64,000 nt of DNA. Source: Yuukianura sp. NJ FZ-2021 (lineage: Eukaryota). The notes beneath the pieces were generated by a model. It had not been told where the DNA came from, did not search any database, and was given only the letters and a program-made list of their open reading frames with translations. The stretch lies in contig CM102284.1 in NCBI GenBank assembly GCA_046563655.1, positions 2,914,001 to 2,978,000 of the forward strand, written 5' to 3'. The translations under genes and the position numbers were made by a program. Shown here in pieces: positions 52,801-64,000 of this stretch. Within the stretch, counting starts at the first letter, position 1, and every line of letters starts with the position of its first letter.

Positions 52801-55800
52801 TTTCTACTCCAAAAACAGTAGACTCAATTTCCTTCAGTTCTAGAGCTTGTCTGGCCAGCTCCATGTCGAGTTCAAGTGGAGTCAATGTCGTACCTGACCA
52901 AGGTTGTGTAACATCGAATACTTCTGCTTCATAACTTCCTAGTGTTTCATCTTCCTGGTTGAATATTTCTGGAACTTCTGGAGCATAAGACTCAGGTATG
53001 TATTGTGCCAACGTCTCTTCCGTTTTCGCTTGGAAGCATTCCGCGTCACCGATGGATTCGGAAGTGTCATTTTCTGGAAACTGAAATTCACTGGGTTCCT
53101 GGCCTGTATTTCCAATTAGAATTGGGACAGTCGCTAATTGTGATTCTGTCTTTAGTTGGTCAGTTGTTGGCTGGGTTCCTTTGGACTCAATTCTGGCGCG
53201 AACAGGGCGACAAGGAATGGTGGGACGCGGAGCCTGCGGCACCACTTCGATGTCTGGCTCCATGCCCACCAAATCAGGAAAATCAATTTCGGATTGAAAA
53301 TCTGGGACTTTTTGAATTTCAACTGCTTCTGATGGTTTGCTTGACGTTTGTGACAAATATGCTTCCCGCTCAGGAATTGGAATTCCTGGTTTTTGTCTAA
53401 AATCATCTTTGAGTTTAGAAGTTGCAGGATGCGAAATTGAATCTGTTGGAATTCCTGGAGCATAAATTTGAGACGTAACCGGTACGGTTTCCTGCAACTT
53501 CTCTTGAAGGCATTGTGCATTATTAGTTGGTTCTGAACTGTCGTATATCTTCTGTTCCTGTAACGAGGCTGCTTTGGGGACTTCGTCACCCGTATTTGGA
53601 GCTGGTGTTGTGACAGGAATTTGTTCGGGTGGTTTCGGTTTTTCTGTTGTGCGTGGCAAATTTGATTGCTGGGACTCAATTCTGGCTCGAGCAGGCCTAC
53701 GTGGAATTCCGGGACGGGACGCTTGGACTTCTTCCTCGTCAACGTTCGTATCTGTAGGTTTTGGGTCAGACGAGACATTCTTCGGTTCAGTCACTAAAAA
53801 GTCTTGTGCTGGAGAATTGGACGTTTGTTCCGACGTTTCAGACAAACCACTTTCCGGCTTAGAATCTGCGACTACTGGAATTGTTAAGTTCTTTGCCTCT
53901 GATAACTTATTTTTGCTCTCCGAAGCTGGAGCAGAGGTACCTGAAGTTTCTGGAATATTGATTTCTGGTGTGACTGGTTCCCCCGGTTGCTCTCGGACTG
54001 ATTTTACATCAACGATTGATTCTAAACTGTCTTCAATTTCATTTTGGTCAAACTCAAACGCATGCGTTTCGCTCCCTGTGTCTCCAGTGGACTTTGAGGC
54101 AGTGCTTTGTTTTGATTCGTTGTTGGGTTCATCAGTTGATGTTGGTAAACTTTTTCCTTTGGAGTCAATTCTTGCCCGTGCAGGGCGACGTGGAATTCCG
54201 GGACGCGAAGTTTGAGATGTTACTTCCTCCTGCAGTGGTTTTGGACCGACCAAATCATTTTTAGGTTCAGAATCTGGAACTTCTGGTGCTGTAATTCCTG
54301 AAAGTGTGCTGGATGTTGGAGACGAATCATTTTCTGGTGTAGAATCTACCACCTCCGGAATTTCAATTTCTGGTATTTCTGGAACATGAGATTGTGATGT
54401 GTCTATTGCACCAGTTTTCTCCAATTCCTCTTCAACCGGTTTTACATCGCCAATTGATTCTGAACTGTCCAATGTTTCCTGTCGCTGCGACTGCATTTCC
54501 GTTGTTTCGTCGTCTTTAGTTTCAATAAAGCTTGGTCCAGTAATTTGTTTTGATTGCTTTTCTACTTCATCGGCAGTAGCTGCTACTTCGACGTCTACGT
54601 TAGCATCCGTTACGTCAGCATTCATTCTATCACCCGGATTATCTTCAAGCGTATTTTTTAGGACTTCCGAACTTTCAACTACTGGCGTCATATATGATGT
54701 TTCAACTGACTCCGTTTCGGTTGCAGAAGGTGCTTTGGGAATGGCAGGGCTTGATAGTTTCCTGGACGCTTCCGACGGCCTACTCTCTGACTCTGATTTC
54801 AGCACTTCTGGATCCAAAGCTGTAATTTCTGGAATCGGAGCTGATGAATTTAAATTAGCTTCTTCTAATGGCTCATTGTCGGCTCCAGCGGCCGGAAACC
54901 TTGAAACTAAAACTCCGGATGACTTGGTTGAGGCGTCAGACGAATCATTTTTTCCTTCAGGAGCTGGACATTTTTCAATTAGAACTGCTGTTGGTTTCAT
55001 AAATACTTCTGACAAATAACTTTCCAGTTTGGCTTCTAACACTTCGGTCGCAGTAGTGGGTACTTGTGGAACTAGAACTCCTGCTGATACTTTGGTTACA
55101 TCGGACAAATCCATTTCCCGCTTAGAGTCTGTAGTGTTGGGTTCAAGAAGCTTAACTTCTGGAGTTGAAATTGATGGTGATTTCTGAGGTTCTTCGGATG
55201 AATCAATTTTGGGTTTGGACTCAAATACTGCCGGTTCGGAGACTTTCACTTCCGGAGACGGGCTTCTATGTGCTTCCTTGGATCTCACAGACGAGTCACT
55301 CGCCAATTTAGAAAGAAGTACTGCAGTTACAATTGATGGAGTTTCTGTCGACTTCCGGGATGCATCGAACGAATGAACTTCCGGCTTGGACTCAAGTACT
55401 TTGGCTGGGTCTTCTAATGTGACTAATGCAGTTGAAATTACTTGTTTTTTCTGAAATTCTTGAGCGGAATCAACTTCAAGTGTAGAATCCAATACTTCTG
55501 GTTCGGCAGTTCGCGTTTCTCGAACTGCAACTGCTGAGTGTGGACTGGACGTTGAAGCTGAATCATTTTTAGATGCAAGACTTGACATTTCTGGGATTCC
55601 AATCACTTTTGGCGCGTTGGCTACATCAGAAATGTCAGTTTCGGAAGCCAAATCTGCAAGTTGGGGAATTGGGACACGCAAATCATGTTTGACTTCGTAA
55701 TCCGCAACTCCGACACCAAAAAGTATTGCTTCTTCATCATATCGTAAGTCGCCAATATCTATCCCAGCTGGATGTACTACTTCCACTGGCTTCACTGGTA

Positions 55801-58800
55801 GCTCAGCCTGTGCTTCGTCGGCTGAATTTTTGTCAGAATCCGAATCTGAAGTTCCTGGAAATGGATCCTTTGATAGTGTGCCATCCTCTTGTTTTTGAAT
55901 TTCAGCTTGTGCATACGTGCATGTTGCAGTTGGGAGTTCTTTTGAAGGAAGCAAAGTGTCTCTGTGGTCTACAATATGCTTGTACGCGTCAATTTTTGGT
56001 TCCAAAAGTGCAGGGACCGCAATGTCCCCAGACTGTTCTTGAATCTCATTTTCTTTATGAATGTCTGTTGTAGGAATTGTTGTCGTTGGGTGTGAAATGT
56101 ACTCTTCATTTACAACCTTGCTATCCTCTTCTATTTCGGTTTTCGGAATATCTTTATTTGTTGCCCGGGAAAGTATGTCGCCAACTTCTTGATTTTCACT
56201 TTGTATGTCAGCGCTTATCTCAGTAAGAAGTTCTGTTGGTTGGAGTGCAATTTCAGCTTCTAATGCTGAACTCACTGGAACTACTGAAAGTACAGGAAGT
56301 GAAAGTGTGTCGCTAGCGTCTTTTTCATGCTCATCTGGCTTATCAGCGTATGCGCAAATGTCTGCCACTTCAGAAATTTTTGTTGGTTCACTAGGAATGT
56401 CCTCCTTCGTTAGAGTGGGATCAATTCCGGCGTCAGACTCTTGAACTGCTGGAACAGCAATCCGTGGAAGTGCATCGGCATCTCGTTCTTTGTTCTCACC
56501 GTAAATACCGGTTACAGTAGAAGCTTTTGTTGGTACAGCAGAAACATCTTCGTGCTTTAGACTGGGATCAATTCCAGCGTCGGACTCTGGAGCTGCTGAA
56601 ACAATAGCTCCCGTAACTGCATCGACATCTCGTTCTTTGTTCTCATTTTCTTCGCCAATGTCTGTCACAGTAGAAAATTGCTCTGGTTCACTAGAAATGT
56701 TGTCTTCTTTTAAGGTGGGATCGATTCTGGCGTCAGATTTTGCAACTGCTGATATAGTAGCTCCCGGAAGTGCATAGGCTTTTCGTTCTTTGTTCTCTTC
56801 GTTTTCGTCAATGCCAGCCACTGTAGACACTTTCGTTGGTTCGCTGGAAATATAGTCCCGCCTCAGAGTAAGATCAATTCCGGTTTCAGTTTCTGGAGCT
56901 GCTGGAACAGTAGATCCCGGGAGTGCAGCGGTTTCTCGTTCTTTGATTTCATCGTCTTCGTCAATGTCTTCCACTCCAGAAGCTACCACTGGCTCACGTG
57001 AAATTTTCTCTTGTTCTGGAGATACATTAATTTGAGATGCTGGAGATGCGTCAGATGCTGGAGCAACTTCTAGTTGTGGAACTGTAGGTTCCGGGATTGT
57101 GTAGGCAGCTGCTTCTGGATTTTCTTCCTCTTTATCACTGCATTTCTCAGTGGGTGTATCCATTCTTTCACTTGGAATCTCTCCCTTCTGTTTAAGATTA
57201 TGATCCTCAGCAGCGTCAACTACTGGAACTGTAGGTGGTGCCGGACGGGTGTCGCCAGATTGTTGATTGTCTTCAATGATATCGGTAGCGCCCGTCGTAG
57301 CGACTGGTTCTGTTGGCTGCTGTAACATGTCGCGTTTTTCTTCTACAGTGGGATACTTTTCAGCTTCAACTTTTGTAACTGCAGGTTCCGGCAGCGTATT
57401 TTCGGCCTGTTCCTGACTCTCGTCTAGTGTATCAATGCCTGTCATGGCGGATAATTCCATTGGTTCGCCTAAAATACCGTTGTTTTTTCCAGTGTGATCC
57501 TTTTCGTGGGTATGCCCAGGAGATACTAATACAATTGGAAGTGCTTGACCAGCTTCTTGATTATCATTTTGTTCATTAGTCCTTGTAATGCTAATAGCCG
57601 TCGGCTCACTGGAAATGTCTTTTTCCTGTTTTACAATCCGATCCTCTTCAGCAGCGTGGGCGTCTGGAACTACTGGAACTGCGGGTAGCGGAGCACTATC
57701 CCCAGTTTCCTTTTGATTTTCAATTTGCTCATCAGAAGTGAATGTCGGAGTGGGAGGTACCGTTGGTTCACTTGAAGCTTCTTCTTTGCTTTCTACAGTA
57801 GGATGCTTTTCAGTTTCGGGTACTGGAACGGCCGGGGCCGGAAATATGTCCGCAGTATTTTCTCGATCTTTGTCTTGTGTATCAGTCTCCGTCGTAGTGG
57901 GAAATTCTGCCGGAGCATATGAAACCTCCTCTTCACTTGCAGCGTCTTTCTGTTCTGGAATTACCACAACCCCTAGGGGCATACTGCCAGTGTCTTTTTC
58001 ATTAGATTCTGGCAAGTAAGCGTCGTTTACATCTGGAGATTCGAATGATCTGCTATGTAGATTGTCTTCATCCGTTGCATCGGAATGTGTACCGGGCTCA
58101 GATTTCGGAATTTCTGGAAGAGGGACGTCGGAGTCTTCTGGAATATGATATTGTGCAGTCGTTTCTACTATGGTGGGAAGTTTTGCCGAGTCGCCTGACA
58201 GATTATGCTCGGGTTTCAAATTAGATTTATTTACCGAGTCAGACTCTGGAACTCCTGCCAGTCTGTTGCTACCTTCTCCTTGATTCAGATCTGCATCACT
58301 TACGCTTCTCGAGGTTGGAAATTCTGTTGGTCCACTTGAAACAACCGTGGCGTTTTCTACAGTCAGTCTAGTTTGATCCCGGTTCTGCTCTTGTGCGTCA
58401 GTGCCTAGGGAAGCGGCAAGGGATTCTCGTTCGCTTAACATGTGCTCTTCCGGCTTTGCGCTGGAATGCTTTTCAGATTCCTGTTCTTGAGCTTCTCGAG
58501 TCCCTGGGAATCGGTCGTCGATATTTTCCTGACTCCGGTTTTGTTCTGCAGTGACTATCTCATGTTCGACTTGCTTTGGCTCACGTGACACGGTTTCTTT
58601 GCCTAGTACTCTGGAATCCTTGTCAGCATCAGATTCTGGACTTTGAGGATACGTATGAACGTCCATCGTTGTTAGAGGTGCCTCTTGCTCACTTGAAACA
58701 CTGTCAAATTGTTCAGTAGAATCCTTTGGAGAATCAGATTCTGCAACCTCTGGAAGTACAAACCCTGGAACCGTGGCAGTACTTTCTTTCCGGTGCTCAT

Positions 58801-61800
58801 CGTGAATGTCTTTTGACATTGTCGCTGGGACTTCCAATGTTTCATGAGAAATTTCCGCATTAGAATCCATCCCAGCGCTAGTCTCCAGAGTTTGTGGAAC
58901 TGGAACCATTGGCAGCTTCTCTCTAGCTCCTTCTTGATTCTGCTCTTGTGCATTGCCTATCGTCGCTTGCAATTCCGCCTTTGTTGTTCTTGTTCCACCG
59001 TCGCTTGTTCGGTGCTCACTGTCTACTATTGAATCCTTTTTCGCTTGAGATTCTGAAGTTTCAAATACGTGTAGCTCGACACTGGAAGTTTCTGTTTGGC
59101 TATCCTTAGCCGAGATCTCCGGAAATGAAAGTTCAGAGGAGCTGGTTGTGTATTCCGATTGCTGCGTATGTTGAAATGTTGATGCTACGAGTCCCGTCGG
59201 TGAGGTCTCTTCAATTCGGGAAGATCTCGACTCAACTATTTTCCTTTGCATAAGAGTCATCGAACTGGAAGATGTCGACTCGTCATCAGACAAGTCCGGT
59301 TCATCAATTAGTGTACTCATAATACATTTCTTGATTGTATCGAAATCGGGAATTTCAAAATCGGCGTTTTCAGTTTCTTCAAAAACTCTATGGGATTCAG
59401 TCGTTACTTGGCCATCGCTACTAGTGTAGCTTGAAGAAAACGAAGACGATGTAACTGATGATGTGAAACTGTCATGTTGATCTGCTGGTGAGACATGAGA
59501 TGGTGAAGGGCTCAGGGTCGTTTGAAGTGCTTTTATTATTTTGGCGTGACGTCCACTTCTCGTGGGCGGCGTCGGAGACTTGGAGCGTCGAAGTCGCTCT
59601 GGAGGGATTGGTGAAGTACTGCTTTCTGGCGTTTCGCTTTGCACTGGACTGCTTTCATCTTCATCCACATCTGAGCCTAATTTTAGTTCATATGTTGAAA
59701 TTACAGGGGGACTCAATTCATCTTTTTCAGAAACGGGAGGACTTCGTTCCAAAGTGAAAGTTTGTAAATGCGTAGGTTCAGTTAATACTTTCTGTTCAGA
59801 TGTATCAGAAACTCCACCAATTCTGATTTCTCTTTTCGTCGTGTGATCAAGAACTCGAATTTCTGATTCTTCTGGGTGCGTATCGCTGCCAATTTGAATT
59901 TTGGTTGTGACTTTGTGAGGTTTTCTTTTTGGTGGAGTAGGCGCCTCGCTTGGGATTGACGCATTTTCATTTTCTGATTCTCCCGTGGGCTGAATCTGCA
60001 TTTTGTGATCGTCGACTGCTTCATTGTATGGGGAAGGTGACATGAACTCCAACTTTTCCTGTGTTTGTTGAGCAAAGACTGTAACGGATGCTGATGAAAC
60101 GTAATTTCCAAACCGTGAACTACTTTGAAATGCCCGATTTCCAGTTGGAGTGACAGGGGAAGAGCGTCCGGAGGAGCTTAGTCCGGTTTCTATGATGGCG
60201 CCCACGGGTTCTCCAGTGTCTTCCGTAATTTCACTAATGACTACGCCTGGACTCATTGGTCTCTCTGAGTCAACCGCTCTTCGTCCAACCACATCAACTA
60301 CTGGTCCGCTCGAGAAATGTTGTGTTTCCTCAGCCACTTCATCTGGTTCTTCAATTACTTCTTCCTGAGTCGTCTCTACTCCATTGATTATCATTGTACG
60401 CCTGACAATTCGACGCCGCTTTCGTATGATACGCCTCGTCACATTCTGTGTAGTTTGACGCACACTTAGGGTAACTTCGGCATCGGTTGATTGAGTTGGC
60501 AAAAACGGCATCATTGACAGGCGCTCGGATAAATCTTCTGGAATGTCGGTGAAATCGGAGGGACTTCGTTGTGGAGTTTCAGCCTGACTCATGCGCAGTA
60601 GCACGGAATCTGCGGACGGAGAGGAATGGTCAGTCGTAGCGTCGTCGACTGGTTTTTCTTTTAGTGACTGTGTCACTGATACTGCTGTTCTCGAAGATAC
60701 AAAACCGCTGCGTTCGAACTTTGTCAAAAATTTACTTCCGTCTCCATCCGTGACTTCACTGACGACTTGAACCCGAGGAATTTCAAACGTAGATGACTCT
60801 ACCTTGGTCATGACTGGAGGTGGATCGAACGACTGAATTCTTCCGGTTTTCTGTTCAAAACAAAAACAAAAGACGCAAAAAAATTATTAACTTGAAATAC
60901 AGAGTATGATTAAGCAAAACTGTAAACTACGGAAATTGTGGTCAGTTTTACAAGTTCATCCTGTAACTTCTTAGTGGCCAGTTTGAGTGCTCGGATTCTG
61001 AAACTGATTTCTTTGGTATCATTTGCAAGTTCCAGAACTTCCACGTCCATGGGAATACCGCCTAGGATTTGCATCAACGTAGACAAGGACGCTTCGAGAG
61101 TGGCCACTGTGCCAACCAGTTCCTAAAAATATATAAAAATCTTGATTTTAAAATTACACCAAAAAATGTCTTAAAATTCTATGTTTTTCTTAGTTTTCAT
61201 TTGTTTTTGTGCTTTGGCTTCTTTTTTTAAATTACGTTTTCGTTTTTAATAAAACTTGAATTATTACTTGAGTTCCGGCACGGGCGAGTTCAACGTCTTC
61301 CACATTTGCAACAACTGCCAGCTTCTGTTCACTGACTGCCAATGTATCTTCCAAAATTTTTACGCTTTGTCGACTGTGCTCCTGTTAAATAAATAAACAT
61401 TACAAATAAATCAATACATTCAAATCTTTAGAATTTGGTTAGATTTCATTAATCCACTCAATAAAAAATTTATAAGTTCATTCACAAAGTGTTAAAAAAA
61501 AAACAAGTTAGATTTTGTCATTTCTGAAGGAAGGATATAAAACGCCTCAAGGTTTTGAAAACACAGCAATTCCAACAACCTTGAAATACATAAATGTTTG
61601 TATAAGATGACCTTTGCACTTCATTCTAATGACAGTTGACCTTGATAGAGAAGGTCATCATAAGTTCACAAAAAGTCTAGTGCAAAATGAAGTGTTTGAG
61701 TAAAATGTAACTCATGTCTATTAGATAATTTCCGTACCATTGACGCCGTTGAAGCAATTCCAAAGCAAAAAAAAGCAAGAAACTGGACGATCGGGAGGGG

Positions 61801-64000
61801 TGACTAGAATGCAACTGAAGAGTACGTCAAGCAAAATGAAACTGAATAGAAGCTCAAACTGGACATCACATGAGGATGCTTAAGACACTTCCTTAAGCAC
61901 GTTAATTAACACTCCAACCAATTAACACGCTTTGTAACCTTCCGTGTTCCAGCAGAATCCGGTGGTTGGTGCTCATCTGTATGATAATTCAGGCTGGAGT
62001 TGGCCAATGGTTTGACTTCACTCAGAAACTGAGGTGTCGCAGCCTCAGACTTCGTTTCTTGTAACTTCAACTTCGGTAGTGGTGACACGGGATCTGCTGA
62101 AGACAACTTCGTACTCCAATCGACGCAGAAGGAACCAAACGGCGCAGGCCCAGAGCTACCTCCGAGCAATTCCGATTCCGACCAACGGCTACTTCGGTCA
62201 TCATTTTCGTTTTCCGGTTTTCGTGTTCCTCCGGAATCCCCGTCATCTGACCCGTCGTAACCCTTGTCAACTGCGTCCGAATTGGAATTTAAACTTTTCC
62301 GTCGTTTGGCTAACTTTTCCCGCCAACGACGCTCTGCTTCGTTCAAGTCAATCAAATGGGAATAGGAAGGAAGCCCTTCTAACAGACAGCATTGCAACAA
62401 AAGAGGCTGAGCGTCATTCTTACTAGCTGACCCTGACTCTGACCTTGACCTAGATCTTGACCCTGACCAATCCCTAACAGTTAATCCTTTAGAATTGACA
62501 TTGCCATTCACACCGTTTTCCTCAACAACTACAAAATATTCAGATTCACTCTCAAACTCGGGTTGACTTTCGACGAATTCCGATTCTTTCTCAAATTCGG
62601 GTTGACTTTCGGCGCATTCCGATTTTTTCTCAAATTCGGGTTGACTTTCGACGAATTTCCATTCTTTCTCAAATTCGGGTTGAATTTGAACAAATTCCGA
62701 TTTTTCCTCAAATTCTGGTTCACTATCGACGAATTCCGATTCTTTCTCAAATTCGGGTTGGCCTTCCACGAATTTCCATTCTTTCTCAACTTCTGGTAGA
62801 CTTTCGACGAATGTCATTTCCACGGCAAATTCGTGCTGAGGTTGACCTTCCACTTTTTCCTCACGCTCGGGTTGTGTTTGAGCCTCATCGATTTCAATTT
62901 CTTTCTGAAACTCGCCGTGACTATCACGGAATTCCATTTCTTCCAGAAACTCCGGTTGATTTTTAACATCTTCCACTTCATCCTTGAATTTTTCTTGAAT
63001 TTGAGCTTCGTCTACCACTACTTGCTCATGAAACTGGTGTTGACTTTCGCAAAATTCCTTTTTCTCTATACACTCATGTGGAGTTGGGATTTCATCTACT
63101 TCTAGTTGTTTCTCAACCTCGTGTTGATTTTCGCAAAATCCATTTTTCTCCATAAGCTCTTGTGGAGCTTGAATTTCATCTACCTCTTGTTTCACAGAGT
63201 CGTGCTGATTTTCGCAAAAATCTTTTTCCTCTGGGAATTCGTCTTGAGTTTCGCCGATTTCCATTTCCTGCTCAACCTCAAGTTGACCTTCCTGAATTCC
63301 GGCAAACACAGATAGATTTTGCGCAGGTTCACAGATTTCCATTTGTTTATCGGACTTTTGTTGACTTTCGCCGAATTTGGCGTCTTTCTCAAACTCATTT
63401 TCACATTCCCTGTCATCCTCAAAATCTGACACCTCAAAAGCAATTTGCGAATCCAAGGGAAGCGAAACCTTGTCATCTAGCAAACTGACTGTCACACGTT
63501 CCAAAGAAGCCAAGTTACCTTCCAAGTTTTCTGCTCCATTTAGCACAACAGTTGAACTGCCTTCAGCTGCTAAACTATCAATTTCCAGAAGTTTGTCTTC
63601 CTCTGCCTTGATCCCACAAAGTCCCAGGTCGGAATGAGTAGTTTGATTAATCTGTTTTTGACTAGGCACTTCGTGTGGGTGTTGGATGTTAATTGTTTGT
63701 TCCAAGTCGCGGTTAGTTTGTTCTTTGCTAATTTTAAACTTGAGCTCGTGAGAAGACCCACTGCCTTCGTCCGCCCATACATCATTTTCATCATGCGTCT
63801 TCACCTTCTCTCCAAGGTCTCCTCCGTCGACTGAACAAAAAACATGTCCAATGCCAACTGATTCCTGCATCTCATCCTCACAAGGACTCCCAGGAATTGG
63901 CAATGTTTGCACATTTTGCGATGACCCGTGCTCTTTTTCTCTTGATTCAACTACCTTTTCTTTAGCTTTTTTCTTCCGCCCTCTTGATATAGTACTTGAT
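43803..64000 (-). CDS. Msp300: Msp300/nesprin-1-like giant KASH protein, 3' portion; exons >64000-61939, 61381-61268, 61122-60952, 60850-52448, 52330-51818, 51735-51430, 51328-51131, 51061-50960, 50870-50541, 48895-48233, 48158-47832, 47670-47161, 47057-46599, 46528-46292, 46224-45988, 45914-45675, 45601-45254, 45169-44945, 44857-44723, 44647-44345, 44173-44112, 44037-43803
   Basis: Spectrin-repeat-like helical exons and Msp300-type C-terminal repeats (ELILDLDSHR, WQARLQMALMENPDFHET). The terminal TM plus KASH reads [52 protein letters not shown]. All junctions are GT-AG and in frame. Linkage of the two most 5' acidic exons is inferred from strand and phase. Confidence 0.9.
52950..54420 (-). 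repeat. Three diverged coding repeats with a 489-nt (163-aa) period in the Msp300 giant exon; outer limits approximate
   Basis: The anchor ggaat...gggacg occurs at 53214, 53703 and 54192, encoding RP[G/T]IP[R/C]RP[A/V]RARI[D/E]S. Confidence 0.75.
56370..57000 (-). repeat. Coding tandem repeat, 147-153 nt unit (49-51 aa), in the Msp300 giant exon; more diverged copies flank it
   Basis: The anchor gatcRattc occurs at 56419, 56566, 56719 and 56872. The unit is approximately ESDAGIDPTLKEDxISSEPTKxSTVxGIxExNENKERDAxALPGAxVxAxP. Confidence 0.8.
62543..62815 (-). repeat. 39-bp coding minisatellite (EFEKESEFVESQP, about 7 copies)
   Basis: Unit anchors at 62554, 62593, 62632, 62671, 62710, 62749 and 62788. 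Confidence 0.9.

Noticed and set aside
52364..60811. 2815-aa ORF as an independent intronless gene or mobile element
   Set aside because: Bounded by an in-frame acceptor (60851) and donor (52447) that join flanking Msp300 exons; no transposase or RT motifs.
53005..63834. Many + strand and off-frame ORFs over the giant exons
   Set aside because: Antisense and frame shadows of the long Msp300 coding exons; no independent motifs.

Overview
Compact, intron-rich animal DNA. Most introns are 60-90 nt GT-AG. The gene content is arthropod; the chemoreceptor-like gene and the short introns suggest a non-insect hexapod such as a springtail, which is inference only. No prokaryotic features, tRNA, rRNA or CRISPR array were seen. 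Manual splicing gives, in order: the 3' end of Schip1 (+, missed by the ORF track), WBP11 (-), long-form bunched/TSC22D (+), an orphan secreted protein (-), Tip60/KAT5 (-), WDR12 (+) and NIP7 (+). An accessory block follows, with a divergent 5-exon PPPDE/DeSI-type Cys protease (-, largely invisible in the ORF track), a divergent Tyr/TKL-type kinase carrying a ~48-aa acidic insert (+) and a gustatory-receptor-like 7TM gene (+). Then come RhoL (+), two atypical C-type lectins (-), Mtl (-), Nck/dock (-), a stand-alone DOMON protein (-), and the 3' ~20 kb of Msp300/nesprin (-). Msp300 has an 8.4-kb phase-0 exon and a KASH tail ending PPRI instead of PPPX. Several MITE-like inverted-repeat elements and an unexplained spliced or structured segment between WDR12 and NIP7 are also present. 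All family assignments come from recognising motifs by eye; no searches were run. No clearly new multi-gene system could be established.
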